Shown here piece by piece: positions 18,720-30,327 of a stretch of 64,000 nucleotides of DNA; position 1 is the first letter of the stretch; each line of letters begins with the position of its first letter. The notes below the pieces were generated by a model that did no database searches, was not told the DNA's origin, and saw only the letters and a program-made list of their open reading frames with translations. Position numbers and translations under genes: made by a program. Origin of the DNA: Shewanella sp. CG12_big_fil_rev_8_21_14_0_65_47_15 (GTDB lineage: Bacteria > Pseudomonadota > Gammaproteobacteria > Enterobacterales > Shewanellaceae); the NCBI RefSeq assembly GCF_002783505.1, contig NZ_PFGL01000041.1, positions 27,370 through 91,369 of the forward strand, read 5' to 3'.

Positions 18720-19835
18720 ATGTATAATGAAACTCCCATAAAAAGACGTCCTTCCACCCGCATTTATGTGGGGAATGTACCGATTGGTGATGGGGCGCCG
18801 ATTGCCGTTCAGTCTATGACCAATACTAAGACGACCGATGTAGAGGCAACCGTTGCCCAAATTCGCGCCTTAGAGAAAGTGGGGGCAGACATAGTGCGCG
18901 TGTCAGTACCGACTATGGATGCCGCCGAAGCCTTTAAACTCATTAAGCAAGCGGTTAACGTGCCCTTAGTGGCCGACATTCATTTCGATTATCGTATCGC
19001 CTTAAAAGTGGCCGAGTACGGTGTCGATTGTCTGCGGATCAACCCCGGCAACATAGGTAATGAAGAACGCATTCGCAGCGTGGTTGAGTGCGCTCGGGAT
19101 AAAAACATCCCCATTCGTATTGGCGTCAATGGCGGTTCATTAGAAAAAGATCTGATGGACAAATACAAAGAGCCAACGCCAGAAGCCTTACTCGAATCAG
19201 CCATGCGCCATGTGGATATTTTAGACCGCATGAACTTCGACCAATTTAAGGTCAGTGTTAAGGCGTCGGATGTGTTCTTGGCGGTTGAATCCTATCGTTT
19301 ATTGGCCAAACAAATCCGTCAGCCGCTGCATTTGGGCATTACCGAGGCGGGTGGTGCACGGGCAGGTTCAGTAAAATCGGCCGTCGGTTTAGGCATGTTA
19401 TTGGCCGAAGGCATAGGTGACACTCTACGCATTTCCCTTGCCGCCGATCCCGTCGAAGAAATCAAAGTCGGTTTTGATATCTTAAAATCCCTGCGCATTC
19501 GTAGCCGTGGGATTAATTTTATCGCCTGTCCATCATGCTCACGCCAAGAGTTTGATGTGATTAGCACAGTGAATGAATTAGAGCGTCGCCTCGAAGACGT
19601 CACTACCGCCATGGATGTCTCCATTATCGGTTGCGTAGTGAACGGCCCAGGTGAAGCTTTAGTGTCACATATCGGTTTAACCGGCGGACACAATAAGAGT
19701 GGCTACTACGATGAAGGCGAGCGCCAAAAAGAGCGTTTCGATAACGACAATTTAGTCGATTCCCTCGAGGCGAAAATTCGCGCTAAGGCGAGCCAGATGG
19801 CAAACCGCATCCAGGTAAAGGATACAACCGAGTAA
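18720..19835 (+). CDS. ispG: 4-hydroxy-3-methylbut-2-en-1-yl diphosphate synthase IspG
   Basis: Near-identical blocks to E. coli IspG ([42 protein letters not shown]). Confidence 0.95.
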   Translation: MYNETPIKRRPSTRIYVGNVPIGDGAPIAVQSMTNTKTTDVEATVAQIRALEKVGADIVRVSVPTMDAAEAFKLIKQAVNVPLVADIHFDYRIALKVAEYGVDCLRINPGNIGNEERIRSVVECARDKNIPIRIGVNGGSLEKDLMDKYKEPTPEALLESAMRHVDILDRMNFDQFKVSVKASDVFLAVESYRLLAKQIRQPLHLGITEAGGARAGSVKSAVGLGMLLAEGIGDTLRISLAADPVEEIKVGFDILKSLRIRSRGINFIACPSCSRQEFDVISTVNELERRLEDVTTAMDVSIIGCVVNGPGEALVSHIGLTGGHNKSGYYDEGERQKERFDNDNLVDSLEAKIRAKASQMANRIQVKDTTE

Positions 19836-19879
19836 AATCCATCGGTTAAAGGTTATGAAAACCCTCAAGGCTTGAGCTA

Positions 19880-19906
19880 GACCCCGAAACCGACGGGGTC
19901 ATTTTA
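19880..19906 (+). terminator. rho-independent terminator after ispG
   Basis: GACCCCG-AAACCGA-CGGGGTC followed by ATTTTA. Confidence 0.6.
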
Positions 19907-19977
19907 CGTTTAGTATTGAAAAGCCTATAATGCCTGACATTTTTTATTAATTTAGCGAAATCGGACGAGTCGACACA

Positions 19978-21258
19978 GTGGCAAAACAGATCCAAGCGAT
20001 TCGCGGAATGAACGACATTCTGCCAACTCAAAGTCCTCTATGGCAAAAAGTGGAAGCGGTACTGCGTTCGAGCGTCAGTGCTTACGGTTACAGCGAAATC
20101 CGCACTCCAATAGTGGAAAATACCGAGCTTTTCAAACGCTCTATCGGTGAAGTTACTGATATCGTTGAAAAAGAAATGTATACCTTCGCAGATAATAACG
20201 GTGACAGCTTAACGCTGCGCCCAGAAGGTACGGCATCGACAGTGCGTGCGGGTAACGAAAATGGTCTGCTATATAACCAAGAACAACGTCTTTGGTATAT
20301 GGGCCCTATGTTCCGCCACGAGCGCCCACAAAAAGGCCGCTATCGCCAATTTAACCAGTTTGGTGTGGAAGTCTACGGCATAGGCACGGCGGATATTGAT
20401 GCTGAAGTCTTGATGCTATCTGCCCGCCTGTGGGAAAAACTCGGTATTAGCGAGCATGTGTCATTAGAGCTAAATACCTTAGGTGATCCCGCCGAGCGCG
20501 CGGTTTACCGTGATGCCCTGATTGCGTTTTTAGAGCAGCATAAAGATGCGCTCGATGAAGACAGCAAGCGTCGCATGTACAGCAATCCGCTGCGGGTATT
20601 GGATTCAAAAGATCAACATGTCCAAGCCATATTGGTGGATGCACCTGAGTTAATGGATTTTCTCGGTGAAGAATCGAAGGCACATTTTTCACAATTGCGT
20701 GAACTACTTGATGCCGTTGGTATCAAATACACCATTAATCCGCGCCTAGTACGTGGTTTAGATTACTATAATCGCACGGTATTTGAATGGGTTACATCTA
20801 GTTTAGGCTCGCAAGGCACTGTGCTTGCGGGTGGTCGCTACGATGGTTTAGTCGCCCAATTAGGCGGCAAAGATACCCCAGCGGTCGGTTTTGCCATGGG
20901 CTTAGAGCGCATTGTCTTGCTGCTCGAAACCTTAGAACTGACCAAAGATATTCCGCCAGAAGTGGATGTGTATGTCACCGCCATGGGTGATAGCTGTCTG
21001 GTTGAAGCGATTAAAGTGGCGCAGGAACTACGCAGCGCATTGCCGACGCTTAGAGTGATGAGTCACTGCGGTGGCGGCAACGTGAAAAAACAAATGAAGC
21101 GTGCCGATAAAAGCGGTGCTCAAGTGGCCTTACTGATCGGTGAAGATGAACTGGCCGAAGGTATGGTGACAGTTAAATATTTACGCAATGACAACGAACA
21201 ACAACGGGTAGAGCGAAATGCATTAAGTGCATTTTTAGCTGAACTGGCACTTAAGTGA
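19978..21258 (+). CDS. hisS: histidine--tRNA ligase
   Basis: [16 protein letters not shown] matches the enterobacterial HisS N-terminus, and class II motifs are present. GTG start. Confidence 0.95.
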   Translation: MAKQIQAIRGMNDILPTQSPLWQKVEAVLRSSVSAYGYSEIRTPIVENTELFKRSIGEVTDIVEKEMYTFADNNGDSLTLRPEGTASTVRAGNENGLLYNQEQRLWYMGPMFRHERPQKGRYRQFNQFGVEVYGIGTADIDAEVLMLSARLWEKLGISEHVSLELNTLGDPAERAVYRDALIAFLEQHKDALDEDSKRRMYSNPLRVLDSKDQHVQAILVDAPELMDFLGEESKAHFSQLRELLDAVGIKYTINPRLVRGLDYYNRTVFEWVTSSLGSQGTVLAGGRYDGLVAQLGGKDTPAVGFAMGLERIVLLLETLELTKDIPPEVDVYVTAMGDSCLVEAIKVAQELRSALPTLRVMSHCGGGNVKKQMKRADKSGAQVALLIGEDELAEGMVTVKYLRNDNEQQRVERNALSAFLAELALK

Positions 21259-21283
21259 ACTGATCTTAAAAGGGGACGTGCGC

Positions 21284-21904
21284 GTGGAAATTTATAGCAC
21301 AGAAGAACAACAAGTAGATGCTATCAAGCAATTTTGGAAAGACTATGGGACGTCAATTTTAATTGGTGCTGTCGTTGGTTTAGGCGGCCTATACAGTTGG
21401 AATTATTACTCCGACATGAAAGTCGCCCAAGCGGAAGAAGCATCGCAGGCTTTCCAAACCTTGACCACTAAATCAAGCGACGAAGCCGCTATGCTGGCGG
21501 GTGTGGCCGAGTTTTCTAAAAACCATGATCAAAAGGGTTATCTTGCACTGTTAGATTTGATCGTGGCAAAAACGGCGGTAGAAGCTAAGGATTATGCGAA
21601 GGCCGAAGAAGCCCTCAAGAAAGTCATCGCCGCTAAGCCTGGTGCGGGTTTAGATATGATTGCGACGCTACGTTTAGCCCGAGTGCAGGCTGAGCAAGGT
21701 CAAATTGACGTTGCTCTGACGACCTTAGAGCAAGTTACAGATAAAGCCTTCTTCGCCCAGCGCGATGAATTAAAAGGTGATTTCTTAGTACGTCAAGGTG
21801 AAGTTGAGAAAGCGAAAACCGCTTATCAAGCTGCCATGGACAATGGTGGTGTGGTGACGAGCCCAGCACTTAAAATCAAACTTGATAACCTAAATCAGGC
21901 ATAA
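21284..21904 (+). CDS. yfgM: YfgM-family membrane-anchored TPR-like protein (ancillary SecYEG subunit)
   Basis: From the GTG at 21284 the protein reads MEIYSTEEQQVDAIKQFW, parallel to E. coli YfgM MEIYENENDQVEAVKRFF. AGGGGA lies 7 nt upstream. The GTG at 21278 is too close to the SD. Confidence 0.75.
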   Translation: MEIYSTEEQQVDAIKQFWKDYGTSILIGAVVGLGGLYSWNYYSDMKVAQAEEASQAFQTLTTKSSDEAAMLAGVAEFSKNHDQKGYLALLDLIVAKTAVEAKDYAKAEEALKKVIAAKPGAGLDMIATLRLARVQAEQGQIDVALTTLEQVTDKAFFAQRDELKGDFLVRQGEVEKAKTAYQAAMDNGGVVTSPALKIKLDNLNQA

Positions 21905-21915
21905 GGGATCCCTTG

Positions 21916-23103
21916 ATGAAGTCTTGGTGCAAAAACCTGCTAGCCGCTGGACTCAGTCTAGCCATGTTATCCGCTTGTTCGTCGAGCGATGTTGAAGACG
22001 AACCTGTGAGTGAGTTAACTGCCATTCAGGCGACTGTGTTCCCTGAAGTCAGTTGGAGCGCTTCTGTCGGTGACGGTGTTGGCGATTACTACTCGCGCCT
22101 CGCTCCCGCCGTTCGTTATGGAAAAATCTTTGCCGCCGATCGTTATGGCGAAGTGATGGCGTTTGATGAGGCCACAGGCGAGCGTGTTTGGACTAAAGAT
22201 TTCAGTGAAGAGTTTCGTGATAATGCTTTAGCCAAAAACAAAGGCGCGCGTCTGGCTGCTGGCGTCACCGCTGCCCGTAATAAAGTCTTTGTGGGTGGAG
22301 AAAGCGGCCTGTTAGCCGCTCTCAATGCCGAAGATGGTCAAGTGTTATGGCATGTGGTTGCGGGCGGTGAATTACTGTCTGCACCAACCGTTGCTGACAA
22401 TGTGGTGGTAGTGAGCACCAGCACGGGTTCACTCGAAGCCTTTAACGTCGATACAGGCGCTAAGCTGTGGGTGTACGAAATGCAATTGCCAAATCTGACC
22501 CTGCGCGGTACAGGTTCTGCAGCTTATGAAGCGGGCGGTTTCTTTATCGGTACTGCCGATGGCAAAGTGGCTGTTGTGATTAAAAACAATGGTCAAGCAG
22601 CATGGGAGCAGGCGATTTATAATCCCACTGGCGGTAACGAGTTTACCCGTATGGCCGACGTGGATATGACGCCGCTGATCCTTGGCGAGAATTTATATGC
22701 GGTGAGCTATAACGGTAACTTAGTGTCGATGGAACTGCGCACGGGCCGAGTCGTGTGGACGCGTAAGTATTCTAGCTTTAACGAGTTAGCTTCGGCTGGC
22801 TTAAGCTTGTTCTTAGTTGACGACCACAGCCGTATCTACTCAGTTGATAAACGTAACGGTCTAGAACTGTGGAGCAACTCTGAGTTAGCTAACCGCACTC
22901 TGACGTCACCTGCAGTATATAAAGACTATTTAGTTGTGGGTGATTTCGAAGGTTATTTACACTTCATCGATCGCAGTACAGGGTCGATTGTGGGTCGTGT
23001 CCAAGTGGACAGCTCTGGATTATACGGCCAGCCGTTAGTGGTTGACGATAAAATCTATGTTCAAGGTCGCAGTGGAAAGTTAGCTGTTGTAACACTTCCC
23101 TAG
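21916..23103 (+). CDS. bamB: outer-membrane assembly lipoprotein BamB
   Basis: Lipobox LSAC, PQQ-like beta-propeller repeats, and conserved synteny between yfgM and der. Confidence 0.85.
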   Translation: MKSWCKNLLAAGLSLAMLSACSSSDVEDEPVSELTAIQATVFPEVSWSASVGDGVGDYYSRLAPAVRYGKIFAADRYGEVMAFDEATGERVWTKDFSEEFRDNALAKNKGARLAAGVTAARNKVFVGGESGLLAALNAEDGQVLWHVVAGGELLSAPTVADNVVVVSTSTGSLEAFNVDTGAKLWVYEMQLPNLTLRGTGSAAYEAGGFFIGTADGKVAVVIKNNGQAAWEQAIYNPTGGNEFTRMADVDMTPLILGENLYAVSYNGNLVSMELRTGRVVWTRKYSSFNELASAGLSLFLVDDHSRIYSVDKRNGLELWSNSELANRTLTSPAVYKDYLVVGDFEGYLHFIDRSTGSIVGRVQVDSSGLYGQPLVVDDKIYVQGRSGKLAVVTLP

Positions 23104-23124
23104 TTAAAAGTGTTATCCTTGTAG

Positions 23125-23156
23125 AGCCCCTGGAAGTGTGTTCCGGGGGCTTTTTA
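23125..23156 (+). terminator. rho-independent terminator after bamB
   Basis: AGCCCCTGG-loop-CCGGGGGCT followed by TTTTT. Confidence 0.7.
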
Positions 23157-23181
23157 TTGAAAAGTTTTTTAGAGGCAAAAT

Positions 23182-24645
23182 ATGATCCCTGTAGTGGCCC
23201 TTGTTGGTCGGCCGAACGTCGGTAAATCCACCCTATTTAATCGCCTTACGCGTACGCGTGATGCGCTGGTTGCTGACTTTCCTGGCCTAACACGTGACCG
23301 TAAATATGGTCGAGCATTCTTATCCGGCTATGAGTTCATTGTGGTCGATACCGGCGGTATCGATGGCACTGAAGAAGGGATCGAGACGAAAATGGCAGAG
23401 CAATCCCTTGCCGCCATTGAAGAAGCCGATGTCGTTCTATTTATGACAGATGCGCGCGCGGGTTTAACCGCTGCGGATCTGTCGATTGCACAGCACTTAC
23501 GTAGCCGTCAAAAAACCACCTTCGTGGTTGCTAACAAAGTGGATGGTATCGATGCCGATTCGGCCTGCGCCGAGTTTTGGTCTTTAGGTCTAGGTGAAGT
23601 TTACCAGATGGCGGCGTCCCAAGGACGCGGCGTGACCAACATGATCGAATACGCGTTGACACCCTATGCCGAAGCGATGGGCATAGTGCGTCAAGGCGAA
23701 GACGAAGTGACCGAAGAGCGTGAATATACCGAAGAAGAAGCCGAAGCTGAGCAAAAGCGTCTGCAAGAGTTGCCTATCAAGCTGGCGATTATCGGTAAAC
23801 CTAACGTCGGTAAGTCTACCCTGACTAACCGTATTTTAGGTGAAGAGCGTGTCGTGGTATTTGATGAACCCGGCACGACCCGTGACAGTATTTACATTCC
23901 AATGGAACGTGAAGGTCGCGAGTACGTGATTATCGATACCGCGGGGGTTCGCCGCCGCAGTAAAGTACATCAAGTCATTGAGAAATTCTCAGTGATCAAA
24001 ACCTTGAAAGCGGTTGAAGATGCTAACGTGGTGTTACTTATCATCGATGCCCGTGAAGGTATCGCCGAGCAAGATTTAGGTCTGTTAGGTTTCGCACTCA
24101 ATGCGGGTCGCGCTTTGGTGATTGCCGTCAACAAGTGGGATGGTATCGACCAAGGTATTAAAGATCGCGTGAAGAGCGAGCTTGACCGTCGTCTTGGCTT
24201 TATCGACTTTGCCCGTATTCACTTTATTTCGGCGCTGCACGGTACTGGTGTTGGCCATTTATTTGAATCGATTGAAGAAGCCTACGACAGTGCTACGCGC
24301 CGCGTCAGTACTTCTATGCTGACACGTATTATGCAAATGTCCCAGGACGATCACCAGCCGCCATTAGTAAATGGTCGCCGTGTGAAGCTTAAATACGCTC
24401 ACGCCGGGGGCTACAACCCGCCAATCGTGGTCATTCACGGTAACCAAGTGAGTAAGCTGCCAGATTCTTACAAACGCTACATGATGAACTACTTCCGTCG
24501 TTCATTGAAAGTGGTGGGTACGCCAATCCAGTTGCGTTTCCAAGAGGGTGATAACCCATTTGAAAACAAGACTGAAAAGTTGACTATGAGCCAAGAGCGT
24601 CGCCGTAAACGCGCCCTGAGCCATATTAAAGATAGAAAAAAATAA
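23182..24645 (+). CDS. der: ribosome-biogenesis GTPase Der (EngA)
   Basis: Two tandem GTPase domains (GRPNVGKST and GKPNVGKST) plus a KH-like C-terminus. Confidence 0.95.
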   Translation: MIPVVALVGRPNVGKSTLFNRLTRTRDALVADFPGLTRDRKYGRAFLSGYEFIVVDTGGIDGTEEGIETKMAEQSLAAIEEADVVLFMTDARAGLTAADLSIAQHLRSRQKTTFVVANKVDGIDADSACAEFWSLGLGEVYQMAASQGRGVTNMIEYALTPYAEAMGIVRQGEDEVTEEREYTEEEAEAEQKRLQELPIKLAIIGKPNVGKSTLTNRILGEERVVVFDEPGTTRDSIYIPMEREGREYVIIDTAGVRRRSKVHQVIEKFSVIKTLKAVEDANVVLLIIDAREGIAEQDLGLLGFALNAGRALVIAVNKWDGIDQGIKDRVKSELDRRLGFIDFARIHFISALHGTGVGHLFESIEEAYDSATRRVSTSMLTRIMQMSQDDHQPPLVNGRRVKLKYAHAGGYNPPIVVIHGNQVSKLPDSYKRYMMNYFRRSLKVVGTPIQLRFQEGDNPFENKTEKLTMSQERRRKRALSHIKDRKK

Positions 24646-24668
24646 TCTAGCCGTGATTGGATCGTAAT

Positions 24669-24700
24669 AAAGGGAACCTTAGGGTTCCTTTTTGATTTTT
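24669..24700. terminator. terminator hairpin between convergent der and the globin gene
   Basis: GGAACC-TTAG-GGTTCC stem with A-run/T-run flanks, then TTTTTGATTTTTT. Confidence 0.6.
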
Positions 24701-24738
24701 TAGGCGATTGACTTGTGCTTGGGTCGACTGGCTTAGTA

Positions 24739-25182
24739 TTAGGCTATCTTATCCGCCAGCATACCTTCGAGAATGATAGCGGCGAGTTCGTCATAGTAGT
24801 TTGACCATGCGTTTTCTATGCTGGCATTGGATTGGCCCTTTAATTCATGTTGAATGGCCAATATTAGGGCCGATTTGACTATGGGGAAGTGTGAGACCTT
24901 GACACCATAATCTCGATGTCTTGCACCTAATTCGAGTAGGGTCGATCTAATAGTATCGAGGTGATGAATATTATCGACGGCGGCACAAAAGATCATATAG
25001 AAATGCTCTTCTATTAGCTTACGATCGCGTTTAAACATAGGTTTGATCAGCGGCGCCATGTCAAATAGGCAATCATAGAAGAAGCTTGTAAAGCGTTGTT
25101 CTTGATTGTTTATCAAGGAAAATGACGAGGTAATTGCCTCTCTTTCTATTTCAGTTAGCCCCATATTAAACCTATCCATCAA
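24739..25182 (-). CDS. single-domain globin-like protein (sensor-globin-like)
   Basis: 147 aa. FFYDCLFDMAPLIKPMF (B/C-helix-like) and LLELGARHRDYGV (F-helix LGxxH with a candidate proximal His) fit the globin pattern. Confidence 0.5.
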   Translation of the reverse strand: MMDRFNMGLTEIEREAITSSFSLINNQEQRFTSFFYDCLFDMAPLIKPMFKRDRKLIEEHFYMIFCAAVDNIHHLDTIRSTLLELGARHRDYGVKVSHFPIVKSALILAIQHELKGQSNASIENAWSNYYDELAAIILEGMLADKIA

Positions 25183-25264
25183 TGCGTGCTGATGACTAAT
25201 CTGTATTATAGCTAATTTTAATGCTCTACCGATTTATCCTTAAAAGTGAAGCAATAACATAATT

Positions 25265-26602
25265 TTAGGAAATGAGTGTAATGGTAGATACCAACCGTTC
25301 ATGGGGCAGTTGGGTGGTGATAGTGTCACCTATGTGGACTTGGGCTGCCGATGTGATAACGGTACCGCTTGCATCTGTAGTAATGCTATAACCGCGACTT
25401 AATGTGGCCAGTGGGCTGACCATCTCAAGTTGATGGGCGGCATACTTTATCCTTTGTTCACTTTGACTGAGTTTGTCCTGCAATGCATCCTGTAAGCGAC
25501 TCGCCAGATAACTTAGGCGGTTACCCTCAAGAGCAAGTTTATGCTTAGGGGATTGCTGCTCAAGGCGGCTTATCAGTAATTGTTGGCGACGACTGCAAAG
25601 GTGCAGCCGACTGGAAAGCGCTGACTCTAGCCTTAATTGCATTTCATCGAATCTTTGCTCAAATTGTTGCAGTGTACGTTTCGGATCTAAGCGCTGTAGC
25701 CTGTGATCTAACACAGTTAAACGTCTTTCTTGTTTAAGTTGATAATGTCGTGCACTTTGCTGTAGGCGCGATAATACGGTCACTAGTCTTTGGGCTTTAT
25801 TATCGCTGTCCTGTGAGAGTAATTCTGCACCAGCGGATGGCGTTGGGGCGCGCACATCGGCAACATAGTCACTGATGGTGGTATCGACTTCGTGGCCGAC
25901 GGCGCTGACGATGGGCAGGGCGCTGTTGTATATCGTATGGGCGAGCGCCTCGCTGTTAAAACACCATAAATCCTCAAGTGAACCGCCGCCACGGGTGAGC
26001 AGTAACACATCGACTTCTAAACGTTGGTTGGCAATATTGATCGCTTGGCAAATGTTGCTATCTGCGGTTTCACCTTGCACTTGGGTTGGATAAATAATGA
26101 CTTCGATGGAGGGATCGCGCCTTGCCAGAACATGCAACACGTCGCGAATTGCCGCACCAGTCGGTGAGGTGATAACGCCAATGCGTTGGATATTTTTCGG
26201 CAGCGGCCTTTTAGTGTCGGCGGCGAATAATCCCTCGGCGGCGAGCTTCATCTTGAGTGCCTCAAATTGCTGCGCCAGTAGACCATCACCCGCGGGTAAC
26301 ATGGACTCAATTAATAATTGATAGTCACCTCTAGGTTCGTAAACACTGATCGCGCCTTTGACCAACACTTGCTGACCATTGACGGGTTTAAAGCTGACGC
26401 TTTGGTTACGCCCCTTAAACATGGCACAGCGGATCTGGGAATAATGATCTTTTAGAGTTAAATACCAATGACCTGAACTGGGGGATGAAAAATTAGAAAT
26501 TTCGCCATTGAGCCAGATTTTGCCGAGTTGCCCCTCGAGAATTTGCCTGACTTCACCATTGAGGCGTGAGACGGTATAAACATTATTTTTGGCGACTTGC
26601 AT
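25265..26602 (-). CDS. xseA: exodeoxyribonuclease VII large subunit
   Basis: An OB-fold N-terminus ([16 protein letters not shown]), a catalytic core and a coiled-coil C-terminus. Divergent from guaB as in enterobacteria. Confidence 0.9.
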   Translation of the reverse strand: MQVAKNNVYTVSRLNGEVRQILEGQLGKIWLNGEISNFSSPSSGHWYLTLKDHYSQIRCAMFKGRNQSVSFKPVNGQQVLVKGAISVYEPRGDYQLLIESMLPAGDGLLAQQFEALKMKLAAEGLFAADTKRPLPKNIQRIGVITSPTGAAIRDVLHVLARRDPSIEVIIYPTQVQGETADSNICQAINIANQRLEVDVLLLTRGGGSLEDLWCFNSEALAHTIYNSALPIVSAVGHEVDTTISDYVADVRAPTPSAGAELLSQDSDNKAQRLVTVLSRLQQSARHYQLKQERRLTVLDHRLQRLDPKRTLQQFEQRFDEMQLRLESALSSRLHLCSRRQQLLISRLEQQSPKHKLALEGNRLSYLASRLQDALQDKLSQSEQRIKYAAHQLEMVSPLATLSRGYSITTDASGTVITSAAQVHIGDTITTQLPHERLVSTITLIS

Positions 26603-26642
26603 GGTTTTTCTCGCGCAAATGGGAATTTTTCACTATTTTCCA

Positions 26643-26671
26643 TTTACCGCGCCCCATATGCAAGGTATAAT
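26643..26671 (+). promoter_or_regulatory. candidate guaB sigma-70 promoter with a GC-rich discriminator
   Basis: TTTACC-N17-TATAAT followed directly by CCCGCCGC. Confidence 0.5.
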
Positions 26672-26723
26672 CCCGCCGCAATATTTCACCTCTAAATCCT
26701 ACTCAACTGGGGAGATGTTGCTA

Positions 26724-28190
26724 ATGCTACGTTTAATTAAAGAAGCGCTTACTTTTGACGATGTGTTACTTGTTCCTGCGCATTCTACTGTACTCCCAAA
26801 TACCGCCGTTCTTAAAACTCGCCTGACTAAAACCATTGAATTGAATATCCCGCTGGTGTCTGCTGCTATGGACACAGTGACCGATGCTCGTCTTGCTATC
26901 GCGATGGCGCAGGAAGGTGGCTTAGGTTTTATTCATAAAAACATGAGCATTGAGAATCAAGCCGAAGAAGTGCGTAAAGTAAAAATTTACGAAGCTGGCG
27001 TGGTTCAACAACCTGTGACTGTGACTCCCTCAACGACACTCGCCGATCTGAAAGTGTTGACCCTGAAAAACGGTTTTGCCGGTTACCCTGTGGTTAACGA
27101 AGCGAATGAGCTGGTCGGTATCATCACCGGCCGTGACGTGCGTTTCGTGACTGACTGGAGCAAAACGGTAGAAGAAGTGATGACGCCTAAGTCGCGGTTA
27201 GTCACAGTTGCCGAAGGCACTAAGTTAGATGAAGTGCAAAAATTAATGCATTCTAACCGTATCGAAAAAGTGCTGGTTGTCGACGATAACTTCAAATTGA
27301 AAGGTTTGATCACCGTTAAAGACTTCGAGAAAGCCGAGCGTAAACCTAACGCCTGTAAGGATGAGTTAGGCCGTTTACGCGTAGGCGCCGCCGTCGGTGC
27401 GGGTGCGGGCAACGAAGAGCGCGTAGACGCACTCGTTAAAGCTGGCGTTGACGTATTACTTATCGACTCTTCCCATGGCCATTCTGAAGGCGTTTTACAA
27501 CGTATTCGTGAAACCCGTGCCAAATACCCTGATTTACAAATAGTTGGCGGTAACGTCGCCACGGCTGAAGGCGCATTAGCGCTGGTTGAAGCGGGTGTTA
27601 ACGCCGTTAAAGTCGGTATTGGCCCTGGTTCTATTTGTACGACTCGTATCGTAACCGGTGTGGGCGTGCCACAAATTACCGCGGTTTCAGATGCTGCCGC
27701 AGCCGTAAAAGGCTTAGGTATTCCTGTGATTGCCGACGGCGGCGTGCGCTTCTCCGGCGACTTAGCCAAAGCATTAGCGGCCGGTGCCTCTTGCATCATG
27801 GCGGGCTCAATGTTTGCGGGTACCGATGAAGCGCCGGGTGAAACCGAGTTATATCAAGGCCGTGCGTACAAGTCTTACCGCGGCATGGGTTCCTTAGGGG
27901 CTATGTCTCAAGGATCTTCCGACCGTTATTTCCAATCTGACAATGCCGCCGACAAACTCGTGCCAGAAGGGATTGAGGGTCGCGTGCCCTACAAAGGCAA
28001 GCTGAAGGAAATCATCCACCAACATATGGGTGGCCTACGTTCATGCATGGGCTTAACGGGCTGTGCAACTATCCAAGAACTGAATGAAAAAGCGCAGTTT
28101 GTGAAAGTGACCTCTGCGGGTATGGGCGAGTCCCATGTGCACGATGTGACTATCACTAAAGAAGCACCGAACTACCGTTCAGGTTCTTAA
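26724..28190 (+). CDS. guaB: IMP dehydrogenase
   Basis: [18 protein letters not shown] is the canonical IMPDH N-terminus, with GGAG 9 nt upstream. CBS pair and [11 protein letters not shown] active-site loop are present. The 45-aa N-terminal extension in the ORF track is rejected. Confidence 0.95.
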   Translation: MLRLIKEALTFDDVLLVPAHSTVLPNTAVLKTRLTKTIELNIPLVSAAMDTVTDARLAIAMAQEGGLGFIHKNMSIENQAEEVRKVKIYEAGVVQQPVTVTPSTTLADLKVLTLKNGFAGYPVVNEANELVGIITGRDVRFVTDWSKTVEEVMTPKSRLVTVAEGTKLDEVQKLMHSNRIEKVLVVDDNFKLKGLITVKDFEKAERKPNACKDELGRLRVGAAVGAGAGNEERVDALVKAGVDVLLIDSSHGHSEGVLQRIRETRAKYPDLQIVGGNVATAEGALALVEAGVNAVKVGIGPGSICTTRIVTGVGVPQITAVSDAAAAVKGLGIPVIADGGVRFSGDLAKALAAGASCIMAGSMFAGTDEAPGETELYQGRAYKSYRGMGSLGAMSQGSSDRYFQSDNAADKLVPEGIEGRVPYKGKLKEIIHQHMGGLRSCMGLTGCATIQELNEKAQFVKVTSAGMGESHVHDVTITKEAPNYRSGS

Positions 28191-28203
28191 GCGTTTGACA
28201 TAA

Positions 28204-28226
28204 CGGGGCGGCGATAAGCCGCCCCG
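28204..28226 (+). other. GC-rich hairpin in the guaB-guaA spacer
   Basis: CGGGGCGGC-GATAA-GCCGCCCCG with no U-tract. It may be an RNA-stability or processing element rather than a terminator. Confidence 0.4.
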
Positions 28227-28306
28227 CTAGTAATCTGTGTAATGCCCTCAAGATTGACCATATCGATTTTGAGCCAAGTTAAACAATAGATGAGAAAAGG
28301 TTATCC

Positions 28307-29884
28307 ATGAGCGATATTCATGAGCACAAGATACTGATCCTCGATTTTGGATCCCAGTACACTCAACTGATTGCCCGTCGTATCCGTGAAATTGGCGTTT
28401 ACTGTGAATTATGGGCGTGGGATGTGACCGAAGCCCAAATCCGTGAGTTTGCCCCTAATGGTATTATCCTAGCGGGCGGCCCTGAAAGTGTGACGGCTGA
28501 AAATTCTCCCCGTGCACCTGGATATGTCTTTAACGCTGGCGTGCCCGTGTTAGGTATCTGTTACGGCATGCAAACCATGTCTGAGCAGCTTGGCGGTAAA
28601 GTGATCCAAGGTGTGGGCGAAGGTGAATTCGGTTACGCGCAGATCGAAATGTTGGCGCAATCGGCACTGTTTAAAGATATCGAAGACGCTGTCAATAGCG
28701 AAGGCAAACCGCTGCTCGATGTGTGGATGAGCCACGGCGATAAAGTGTCGGCGATCCCTGAAGGTTTTGTGGCGGTTGCTAAAACCGACACTTGCCCCTT
28801 TGCGGCTATGGCCCACGAAGGAAAACGTTTCTATGGCGTACAATTCCACCCTGAAGTGACCCACACTCGTCAAGGTCAGCGCATGTTATCGCATTTTGCC
28901 TTAGACATCTGTGGCTGTGCCGCTAACTGGAAACCCTCTTCTATCATCGAAGATGCGATTGCGCGCTTGAAGAAGCAAATCGGCGATGATGAAGTCATTC
29001 TCGGCTTATCTGGCGGCGTGGATTCTTCGGTTGTGGCCATGCTGCTGCACCGCGCTATCGGCAAAAAACTGACCTGCGTATTCGTTGATAACGGTCTATT
29101 ACGTTTGAATGAAGCCGAACAAGTGATGGAAATGTTCGGCGATCATTTCGGCCTGAATATTATCCATGTGGATGCGGAAAACCGTTTCCTCGATGCGATG
29201 AAGGGCGAAGCCGATCCTGAAGCTAAGCGTAAGATCATCGGCCGCGTATTCGTAGAAATTTTCGATGAAGAATCGAAGAAGTGCGTTAATGCTAAGTGGC
29301 TAGCCCAAGGCACGATTTATCCCGATGTGATTGAATCCGCTGGCAGTGCCACGGGTAAAGCCCATGTGATCAAGTCCCACCATAACGTCGGCGGTTTGCC
29401 GGACGATATGGCGCTCGGTTTAGTTGAGCCACTGCGTGAACTCTTTAAAGATGAAGTGCGCAAAATTGGTCTAGAGCTAGGCCTGCCGTACAACATGCTC
29501 TACCGTCACCCATTCCCTGGCCCAGGCTTAGGTGTACGTGTACTCGGTGAAGTGAAGAAGGAATATTGCGATTTACTGCGCCGCGCCGATGCTATCTTCA
29601 TCGAAGAGCTGCATAAAGCCGATCTGTACAACAAAGTTAGCCAAGCCTTTACCGTGTTCTTACCCGTCCGCTCTGTCGGCGTGATGGGTGATGGCCGTAA
29701 ATACGATTGGGTGGTGTCACTGCGCGCGGTAGAAACCATCGATTTTATGACAGCACATTGGGCACATCTGCCCTATGATTTCTTAGGCCGCGTGTCGAAC
29801 CGTATTATCAACGAAGTCGATGGTATTTCCCGCGTGGTTTACGATATCTCTGGCAAGCCACCAGCGACGATTGAATGGGAGTAA
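28307..29884 (+). CDS. guaA: GMP synthase (glutamine-hydrolysing)
   Basis: GATase domain (GICYGMQ), ATP-PPase SGGVDSS, and a conserved C-terminus ending PPATIEWE. Confidence 0.95.
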   Translation: MSDIHEHKILILDFGSQYTQLIARRIREIGVYCELWAWDVTEAQIREFAPNGIILAGGPESVTAENSPRAPGYVFNAGVPVLGICYGMQTMSEQLGGKVIQGVGEGEFGYAQIEMLAQSALFKDIEDAVNSEGKPLLDVWMSHGDKVSAIPEGFVAVAKTDTCPFAAMAHEGKRFYGVQFHPEVTHTRQGQRMLSHFALDICGCAANWKPSSIIEDAIARLKKQIGDDEVILGLSGGVDSSVVAMLLHRAIGKKLTCVFVDNGLLRLNEAEQVMEMFGDHFGLNIIHVDAENRFLDAMKGEADPEAKRKIIGRVFVEIFDEESKKCVNAKWLAQGTIYPDVIESAGSATGKAHVIKSHHNVGGLPDDMALGLVEPLRELFKDEVRKIGLELGLPYNMLYRHPFPGPGLGVRVLGEVKKEYCDLLRRADAIFIEELHKADLYNKVSQAFTVFLPVRSVGVMGDGRKYDWVVSLRAVETIDFMTAHWAHLPYDFLGRVSNRIINEVDGISRVVYDISGKPPATIEWE

Positions 29885-29923
29885 TCTTCCACACAGGTTG
29901 AAGTGGTTGAACTTCAATCGGGT

Positions 29924-29969
29924 AAAAGGCGCTTCGGCGCCTTTTTTGTTGCCCTTCGAATGAAGGTTA
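29924..29969 (+). terminator. guaA rho-independent terminator; also the left copy of the island-flanking direct repeat
   Basis: AAAAGGCGC-TTCG-GCGCCTTTTTTGTTGCC...TGAAGG. Compare 33932-33970. Confidence 0.75.
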
Positions 29970-30327
29970 TGACATTTTTTGTTTAGCTTGATTTTTTATT
30001 GCATATAAAACGGTTTTGAGCTAAAAAATAAGGACTCGATTATATGGTGTCGACCGCAGTTGTTATTCCTGAGATTATGGTGGGCGTACCTATTTTTTTG
30101 TTCGGTATTGCATCCCTTAATCAAGGTGATTCTGTTGTCATTGAAGCCATCAATTAAGCATAATTGCCCTCATAGGTGGCCGATATATGTAAACACCGTT
30201 TTATTTAGTTGAATGTTATACCTAGTCTCAATAAACAAATTGCTGTAGGCTAATGTTTAATTGTCATTAATAAGCGGCTTGTAAGTAAAATATGTTGTAG
30301 TCTTTTATTGGATAATATGGTGGCGAA

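Noticed and set aside
26589-26723. 45-codon N-terminal extension of guaB in the ORF track (start at 26589, overlapping the xseA start).
   Set aside because: IMPDH homology begins exactly at [18 protein letters not shown] (ATG 26724), which has a GGAG SD. The extension would also cover the predicted guaB promoter.
27083-27799. 238-aa minus-strand ORF inside guaB. Similar long antisense ORFs occur at 19319-19693 (ispG), 38348-38746 and 38957-39313 (purL), 15095-15403 (CNNM gene), and 32617-32940 and 33142-33903 (DUF1214 genes).
   Set aside because: Each lies fully antisense to a gene with unmistakable homology. Their translations are low-complexity and rich in Ala/Pro/Ser/Thr/Arg. These are typical shadow ORFs of GC-rich third-position coding regions.
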